Shown here: piece after piece, positions 56,263 through 64,000 of the stretch
Layout of the letters: each line of letters starts with the position of its first letter
Numbering within the stretch: position 1 is the stretch's first letter
Assembly (NCBI GenBank): GCA_964019425.1
Contig: OZ025796.1
Span: 1-64,000, forward strand
DNA from: Flectonema sp. DT1601
Taxonomy: Eukaryota
DNA: 64,000 bases
Direction: 5' to 3'
Position numbers and translations under genes: made by a program
The notes under the pieces: generated by a model
Seen by the model: only the letters and a program-made list of their open reading frames with translations
What the model was told of the DNA's origin: nothing
Database searches by the model: none

Positions 56263-59200
56263 TTTCCTTTTCTGGAGGAGTCGGTCGGAGTCCACTGTTT
56301 CAGATTTCTGTGAAAAAGTGAAATAAATACTTCGAAAGTAAAATAAGAAAAGTTACATTCCACATCCTCTTTCAGTACTACTCTCCACTTCAATAAGCTG
56401 CGTGTGATAAATAGAATTAATCAAACTGACGTACATGATCTAAAAAGTGGGGGTAACCCATAGTAGTGATGATTGCACCAGGTGGCGAAGGGGAGGAGAA
56501 TTGGGACATGAGAGTTTCTGGTTCTTTTTTTATTTTATTTCATTTTTCTTTTTTTTCTTTCTTTCTTATTTCATTTCTTTGCTTTCTTTGCTTTTTTTTT
56601 TTTTTTTCCTTTCAAAAATAGTCCCCACCCTTTCCCAAAAAGAAGTTAAAAAAATAAGAAACTAGCAGTGAAGTGAAGTTGGATCACCCTGTTTTCTCAG
56701 GTTACCTCTCGAGAGGGTTTGAGAAATAAAAGTGAAAGGATATTCACCCGCAGCTGTAAACAACTTGACAATCCGCGCACTTTCCTTTCTTTCGGACCCT
56801 GTTGCAGGAAAGCCAAAAAAAAAAAGTAAAAAATTGCAATTCGTTCGGAGCTTCCTCCCCCCTTTGCATAAATTAATTTTCAACTAGCTGAGCATGCGGG
56901 GTAAGCTGAATATAAGACGTGATACTTATACGAAAACGATAATAGTTTCCCTCCCCAATCTCTTTCATTTTCAATTTGAGTTCTGACCTTTCTTTTCTTA
57001 AATGTTTTTTTTTTTTTTTTTTGATTTTTTTTTTTGGTTTTTTTTTTTTTTTTTGGTTTTTTTTTTTTTTTAAATTTGTTTACTTTACTTAAACCCTTTT
57101 TGAAAATAAAAAAAAAAGAAAGAAAGGGGAAAAAGCATTACGAGGTGCAAAAAGTTGATTAAAAAGGAGTGGTCCAGCTGCCACTCGGGTTTTCGTTTTG
57201 AAACTGACTCTTGTTCTCACCAATGTTCTCAAAAAAATGAGCGCGATATAAAAAAGTCTGCTTATGAAAAAAAAAAAAAAAAAAAAATTGCATCTTTGTC
57301 AGACAGGTTGGGTAAAAAAAAAAAATAATAAATAAAACTCCCTTTCAATCTCTCCTCAAGCCCTCCACTCAAACCGCCTGTGTGAAATGTATGTGCTCTA
57401 CTGTAAGTGCCTGCAGTTTTGTTAAATTGCAGGCTTTTTTATGTGCAAATAGGCAAGATGCATGAGATGAGATTATATTATAGCTAACCCTTCAGGTAAA
57501 ATAGTGTCACAGGAACAAGATTTGACAGAATAATAAAAAATATACAAATACTTCAACGGGGGGGGTTAACGACAGGACCTGAAGAGCTGTTTAGAGAGAG
57601 ACAAGAACATCCGGTAGAAGTAAGAGAAAAAGAAAAAAAGAAGAGAACAAAAGTACCCGTCTATCGATGATACGTTAACTACAAGAACGAATATTATACC
57701 AAGGGTTTTTTAAATTATTTTTCATTTTTTTTTTTTTAAAAAAATTCAAAGGGGGGGGAAAAAAAAAAGAAAAAAAAAGTGTTGGGAGGGTTTTTTCTTG
57801 CAAAAAAAAAAAAAAAAAAAAAAAAACAAGCAGCGTTCGGGCGTTGTTTACAAAAAAAAGAAAAAAGGAAGGTAACCGCCCCGGGAACATTCCATCTGGC
57901 AGTAGATTGAGGATCGATAATCTGCACCACGATGTTGATCTGGTCAATGAATTTGATAAGAAAAGCGAATACTGCGATGCTATAATAATGTGAAAGATAA
58001 AAATAAAATACCACATTGTAAACTTCAAAGGGTCCGAAATATTATTGTCGGTGATCTGGTTGACCCCTTAAAAACAAAAAGGGGAATAGTAACATACAAC
58101 AAGGAACTGCTGTCTTGTTCTGTGAGAGACTGGTCGAATGATAAAAATAACTGATAACCTTCTACTTGTCGCCCACACGTCTCCATTAATCGGAGTTTTT
58201 GAAGCCACAATTTTTTTTTTTTTTTTAATAAGTTTTTTTTTTTTTTTTTTTTTTAATTTTTTTTTTTGTAAGGCTATTTAAGAACATGTCGCAGTGTAAA
58301 CAGCGCTTCATTCTTAGCTTGCGTCACTTTGATTCTGATCATCACAATTAGCTTTTGAAGACAGCAACTATTTTCCAGTGGAAAGAGTTACTTTAAAAAA
58401 CAAGTCGCAGTGTAAACAGAGCTGGCTTATTCATACGTCTTGAGTGCAACTGATTTTTTGAAAGCCAATCACTGCGGGAGAACATCTGCTTCCCAACAAT
58501 GTAGGAGCAAGTGGTGTAGACCCAATCGGCTGATTCGTTCGTCTTAAATAGAATTCGAAAAATGTTTAATTCCTCAGAGAAAACAACTACTTCCCAACAG
58601 AACAGAAAGCCTTGTCAAGAACAAGTCTCTGAAGTATCAAAACATTCAACCGATTCTTTCTTCTTCTGATACAAGACTGGTTGTTATCTAATTACTATTT
58701 CTTTCAGCCGATACTAAAGACAGTTTACGTGAGACGAGGACTTGTTCTGAGGTTTAAAGAAAGCTACAAAAACAAGAGAAAGACAAAAAATAATAAAAAA
58801 GAAATAAAAAACGAACGCGTGGTGAAGTGATACTTGTTGCGGGTGGGATTTTAACTTTTTTTTTTTTTTTTTTTGTAGTAAAAGGAACATAATGGCTACT
58901 TTGACAGAAAAAGAAAAATTGGGCAGAGGGAACGAAAATAGCAAAACAAAAAAAACAAAAATACGAGCGAAGGGAAGGGAAGTACAACTTCACGAAAAAG
59001 AATAATTCGATTGGTGATAATTTAATGAAAAGAAAGAAAGTTTTTTAAAAAAGAAAAAGAAAAAAAAAATTGGAAAACCCGTCCCACGCCTACTACCCAA
59101 ACTCGCGAAAGCAACGCAACGGCGCTGCTTACCAGAAACAACATTGTAGTAACGTTTATTTAGAAAATGGGTTTTTAATTCTAATATTTATTTTGGGACT

Positions 59201-59446
59201 TAGTACCCTTTGATAATCCCACCAGAGATTACATCATTCAAATAGGAACATCCTTGAAGTGAACGTGAAACAACGAAGCAAATAATTACCTCACACGATT
59301 CACTTTCTCTCTTCAGGACGGTATCGTGCGTTCGGCTGTTAGTATTGTGTTATGCGTGCTAAAGATTAATGTGCCCATGTTCACAGTACTGAGATGTATT
59401 AACATATCAAAAGAGGAACACGATGTATTCTAAAATAAATAAAAAC

Positions 59447-61261
59447 TCATACCACATTCATCCCCCTAGGTTGAGCACCATTGTGTCTGTACTGATTTCC
59501 GTTACCGTTACTGTAGGCATTACGATATGAACTTCCCTGAGCGTAGTTGCCAGGTCCTCCACGTCCTCCAGTACCACGCCAGTGAGAAGTAACACCATTT
59601 GATCCCTTCGAGTGTGACTTCCATTGTGGGATTGGCATAGGAGGGTTCATTGAACCAGGTTGTTGCATATTCATGTTATTATTAACATTATTCATGTTTG
59701 TTCCATTCATCTCTTCAGGCATTCCTCCAGGAATACGGGCAGTTGGAGGAACATCGTGTGGAGAATATTTCGGATCGACTGCTCCGTTTCCATTTCCGTT
59801 CATAAGTTGTGGATCACCACCTTCAGTAGGAGAGGATAAAGTTCCTGAACCTTCGTATCCAGTGAGTCCAACACAGTAACCTCGGTAGGAATCCCCGTAC
59901 GCAAATGATTGATTTTCTGTTACAGTCTTCAGAATAGCGTCTTTCAAGGAACGAGCGTGAATAGGAGTGCGTTGAGCGCTGCAAACTTCACAGTTAGTCT
60001 CAGCTGCGCTGTTTATCTTCAAACAGTTGTTGCAAGGCCAGCGAGTACCACATGGAGCTAGAGCGACTTGCAGAGTGAATCCAGCTCTTTGCATTCCGTC
60101 TTCATTAGCAATCGCATCAAGAGCAGAAGTCAGAGAATAGTATTCGACGAAAAGAACATTTTCGTGAGGTATGTAAGAGTTTCTCTTTCCGTAGCTCTCA
60201 AAGATTGGAGAGAGTTCACTGATAACTCTCGACCTGTTTGGGTCAGACTCCTGACTCATGATAGCATTCCACTGTTCACGTTCTGATCCGACTACAGACA
60301 CAACAAACACCTCCTCCGCGTATGTGCACCAAATCTGTTCTCCGTCTACCGCACGTGAACTTTCCCCTTCGACAGCAGCCTTTGCACCCTCCGCAGTGTC
60401 AAATAGAACCTGACCTTCAGCCAATGGTCTTGGGATTGTCATAGTCCCGACATTCACCCACCCAGAAAGATCCTTCTTTGAAGGAGCAAATTTACTAAAG
60501 ACTTTATTTAACGTCTTGTCAGTGATATTAGTTGGAACATTACAAGTAACAACACAATGAGCATTTAATTGAGAAGGAGGAGGTGCAACACTAACTTCAG
60601 GAGAGTGTTCAATAGGTGGTTGGTATTTATTGACTCGAGGCTGCTGGTGCATTGTCGTAGGTGGAGGTGGTGGCATGTACTCCTGCTGTGGGTAATAAGT
60701 ACCATTGTTATAACCTCCTCCTCCTCCTCCTCCTCCCCCTCCTTGAACAGATTGATGTTTATTATACTGCTGATCCATTGGAGGTTCTTCATAGTACGGC
60801 TGTTCGTATGAATAATATTGTGATCCTTGAATTGGAGCATCGGCTGGTTCACAAGTAGCGTCTTCGTAAGTCGCATATTCCTTTAAGTGGTCTTCAATAG
60901 CAGCGATTCCTTCTTCTTGTTTTTTAAGACCGCACATGAATCCGGTGCAAGAAGTGTTTTTAGCTTCTGTCCACCATCTGCATAACGCACATTGCCACCA
61001 ACCACTTTTAGATGCTTCTGTAGTGTCGTAGAAAGCAGCAGTTACCTGAAGTGGTTCGTTGCTGACTTGCTTTCCATTTTCATGTTTTACTGCGACTAAG
61101 GCATCATGCATGTTGCCAAACGTTACGAGTCCCTGCTGTCCATGTGTTCTCCAAGCTCTTAGAATAGGACCGTATTTCCTAAAAGCAGTAAAGAGATGAA
61201 TAGTCGTACATTGCTGTGGAAGCCTATCAACTACAATAGTACCTTGTTTATTACTAGCCAT
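59447..61261 (-). CDS. RNA-binding protein with ~3 RRM-like domains and 2 RanBP2-type zinc fingers, 604 aa
   Basis: IVVDRLP...GLVTFGNMHDA, GQVLFDTAEGAKAAV and LFVEYYSLTSALDAI; zinc fingers WQCALC...CTGFMC and WPCNNC...N...CEVC; prion-like G/N/Q/Y tail with RGG. Confidence 0.92.
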   Translation of the reverse strand: MASNKQGTIVVDRLPQQCTTIHLFTAFRKYGPILRAWRTHGQQGLVTFGNMHDALVAVKHENGKQVSNEPLQVTAAFYDTTEASKSGWWQCALCRWWTEAKNTSCTGFMCGLKKQEEGIAAIEDHLKEYATYEDATCEPADAPIQGSQYYSYEQPYYEEPPMDQQYNKHQSVQGGGGGGGGGGYNNGTYYPQQEYMPPPPPTTMHQQPRVNKYQPPIEHSPEVSVAPPPSQLNAHCVVTCNVPTNITDKTLNKVFSKFAPSKKDLSGWVNVGTMTIPRPLAEGQVLFDTAEGAKAAVEGESSRAVDGEQIWCTYAEEVFVVSVVGSEREQWNAIMSQESDPNRSRVISELSPIFESYGKRNSYIPHENVLFVEYYSLTSALDAIANEDGMQRAGFTLQVALAPCGTRWPCNNCLKINSAAETNCEVCSAQRTPIHARSLKDAILKTVTENQSFAYGDSYRGYCVGLTGYEGSGTLSSPTEGGDPQLMNGNGNGAVDPKYSPHDVPPTARIPGGMPEEMNGTNMNNVNNNMNMQQPGSMNPPMPIPQWKSHSKGSNGVTSHWRGTGGRGGPGNYAQGSSYRNAYSNGNGNQYRHNGAQPRGMNVV

Positions 61262-61644
61262 GTTTGTTTTTATATGTTTTGTTTTATTTTGATAATTGCG
61301 ACCCTCAGCTCAGTACGTGCAACGATTAACGGTAAGTGAGAGTGGGTTTTTCCGAAACGATACCTGTGTGAGGACGGGAAAAAAATAAAAAAAATATAAA
61401 AATCAATTCCCAAATATGATATATTTATAATCACATAAATTGTCTCCCTCAATAGTCTGATAAGAAAAGAAGTATTTTATAAATTAATAACACCACAGCA
61501 CTCGTCAATACCGACTCATTTCTTTGGAGTTTTTGAATAAGAAAAGTGGGGAGAAGAGGGGATGAAAAGATAAAAATAAATTTCACTCTGTCACGCGATG
61601 AAGATTGTTTCTAAACTACTATACCGCTAAGGAGCAAAACAGTA

Positions 61645-62776
61645 ACCAATTCCCAACGGTAGAATGCGACTTCATTTTGAGAGAGGAAGATCCCATCTCT
61701 GAACTGCTTGAGTTTTCAAATAATAAAACAGCACATAGAACAGAATAACATGTTGTGTTGCCAATTCCTAACGATGGAATGTGGCTTCATATTGGTTTCT
61801 TTCATAGTTTGCGATGCCCCCATTCAATTAAAAAGAAAAGAGAATAGAAAGCAACAACTATTGCCATAACCTAACGATGGCATGGCAGCATATTGTGTGT
61901 GAGGAAGGTTTCCGGAAAAAAAATCAGAAACGTTATTTTTTTGTGTCGCCAAATTCCTAGCGGTAGAATATGGCTGCATATTTAAACATTACAACTCGTT
62001 CTATAAATAGAATTAGGAAGCATTTACATATTGTGTGGAAGGAACGTCATTTTGTGTTGCCAAATCCCTGACGTTGGGATATCGACTCGACTAACCAGTT
62101 GTGACTTCATATTAGAGAGAGGAAGATCCCATCTCTGAACTGCTTGAGTTTTCAAATAATAAAACAGCACATAGAACAGAATAACATGTTGTGTTACCAA
62201 TTCCTAACGATGGAATGTGGCTTCATATTTGTTTCTTTCATAGTTTGCGATGCCCCCATTCAATTAAAAAGAAAAGAGAATGGGGAGCACAACAACTATT
62301 GCCATAACCTAACGATGGCATGGCAGCATATTATGAGAGAGGAAGGTTTCTGAAAACGTTGTCAGATAACACAGAAATCAGAAATGTCATTTTGTGTCGC
62401 CAAATTCCTAACGTTGGGATATGGCTGCATATTGTTTTCATTCAAATCAACTAACAAGTTGTAGAGAGGAAGATCCCATCTCTGAACTGTTTGAGTTTTA
62501 TAAAACAGCACAGAGAACAGGATAACATGTTGTGTTGCCAATTCCTAACGGTGGAATGTGGCTTCATATTGGTTTCTTTCATAGTTTGCGATGCCCCCAT
62601 TCAATTAAAAAGAAAAGAGAATTGGGGAGCACAACAACTATTGCCATAACCTAACGATGGCATGGCAGCATATTATGTGAGAGGAAGGTTTCTGAAAACG
62701 TTGTCAGATAACACAGAAATCAGAAATGTCATTTTGTGTCGCCAAATTCCTAGCGGTAGAATATGGCTGCATATTG
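61645..62776. repeat. Higher-order repeat: 3 units of ~350-430 bp built from ~11 copies of a ~35-bp hairpin motif
   Basis: GAGAGGAAGATCCCATCTCTGAACTG at ~61682, 62116 and 62465; GCCAATTCCTAACGATGGAATGTGGCTTCATATT and its variants recur every ~85-140 bp. Confidence 0.9.
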
Positions 62777-63113
62777 TTAACCTTTTCGAAAGGATAATTT
62801 TGCTGAGAATTCCTGCGAAGGAAGTGCTCAAAGAGAGGGAAACTCAAAAAGGGAAGTGTCGGTAAAAGTGGAAGAAAACAAAGGGAAAAAGGAAAATGGA
62901 TGGGACAACTCAGTCAACAACATTTCTCCTCAAAGTGATGTCGACAACATGTATGACACAATTATTTAGATAAAGAGTTAGGTGGGTTATCTACTTTTTG
63001 GTTTCGTTTATTTAGTTTTCGTTCTGAAATCTCTTGTTCGGGTCCACAAAAGGTTACTCCCCGCGGTGCGCTGCCGAGCGTACTGGTGCTTATTGCTGCT
63101 GTTGCTGCTGCGG

Positions 63114-63455
63114 TTACTGCTGCGGTTGCTGTTGCGGTTGCTGTTGCTGTTGCGGTTGCTGCTGCGGTGGTTGCTGCTGTAGCAGCTGCTGCGGTTGCTG
63201 TTGCAGTTGCTGCTGCTGTTGCTGTTGCGGTTGCAGTTGCTGTTGCAGTTGCTGCTGCGGTGGTTGCTGCTGCGGTTGCTGCTGCTGTTGCTGTTGCGGT
63301 TGCTGCTGCGGTGGTTGCTGCTGCTGTTGCTGTTGCGGTTGCTGTTGCAGTTGCTGCTGCTGTTGCTGCTGCAGTTGCTGTTGCAGTTGCTGCTGCTGTT
63401 GCTGTTGCTGTTGCAGTTGCAGTTGCTGTTGCTGCGATTGCTGTTGCTGCGATTG

Positions 63456-63498
<43 letters not shown>

Positions 63499-64000
63499 AG
63501 TTGCTGTTGCGGTTGCTGTTGCGGTTGCTGCTGCGGTTGCTGTTGCGGTTGCTGTTGCGGTTGCTGTTGCGGTTGCTGTTGCGGTTGCTGTTGCGGTTGC
63601 TGCTGCTGTTGCTGCGATTGCTGTTGCTGTTGCAGTTGCTGTTGCGGTTGCTGTTGTTGTTTCAGCAGCTGCTGCAATTGCTGCTGCGGCGTTAGTGGTG
63701 GCTGCGACATTTGTCGGTGCTGCCTCAGCATTTGCTGCAGTTGTTGCTCCTGTTGTTGCTGTAGCGTTTGTGGTGGCTGCGACATTTGTTGCTGCGATTG
63801 CTGTTGCAGCAGCTGCTGCTGTTGCGATTGTTGTTTCAGCAGCTGTTGCAATTGCTGCTGCGGCGTTAGTGGTGGCTGCGACATTTGTCGATGCTGCCAC
63901 AGCATTTGCTGCAGTTGTTGCTCTTTTTGCTGCTGTAGCGTTGGTGGTGGCTGCGACAGATGTTGATGCTGTGGCGGCTGCTGCTGTAGAAGTCTAAGAA
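63114..64000 (-). CDS. 3' part of a Gln/Pro-rich (polyQ) ORF entering from beyond the window; may be a pseudogene
   Basis: The Gln frame is open from the window edge (LRLLQQQPPQHQHLSQPP...) to TAA at 63114-63116, with a duplicated QHRQMSQPPLTPQQQLQQLLKQ block. The Ala/Thr frame is closed by TAG near 63994. Confidence 0.55.

Noticed and set aside
61645..62776. CRISPR array
   Set aside because: Repeats are degenerate, spacers are duplicated and of irregular length, there are no cas genes, and the context is eukaryotic.
12186..63116. Ciliate-type genetic code (TAA/TAG = Gln)
   Set aside because: Long ORFs contain no internal TAA or TAG, and several genes terminate at them.
62962..63997. Poly-Ala/Thr, poly-Cys, poly-Ala/Val and poly-Leu ORFs
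   Set aside because: Alternative frames of the CAG/CAA repeat; the Gln frame gives the most protein-like sequence and is co-oriented with the cluster.

Overview
Eukaryotic, AT-rich genomic window, most likely from a euglenozoan (diplonemid-like; inferred). Every credible protein gene is on the minus strand, most ATGs sit just downstream of a YAG, and introns are rare, short and GT-AG. Layout: (1) 1-10632 is a perfect (TTTGCGGG)n array of 1329 units whose G-rich strand points INTO unique DNA, the opposite of a normal left telomere. (2) 10633-11430 is a cassette of four degenerate tRNA-like A/B-box units plus hairpins; two units point into the array with no Pol III terminator in between. (3) 12-30 kb holds single-copy genes: a membrane protein, a 1474-aa secreted protein with bacterial-type repeats, Hsp33, a PSP1 protein and a RanBP2-ZnF protein. 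(4) 30.5-51.5 kb is a tandem array of surface-receptor-like genes (three intact, one truncated) with a hypervariable, mosaic N-terminal domain; its spacers carry an LSU rRNA fragment and two ~2-kb TIR elements bracketed by poly(C) runs. (5) 52-64 kb holds a SAC phosphatase, a GET4-like gene, an RRM/ZnF gene, a possible gene fragment with 29-32-nt introns, a hairpin-motif higher-order repeat and the 3' end of a polyQ ORF. All calls come from reading the sequence; no searches were run.
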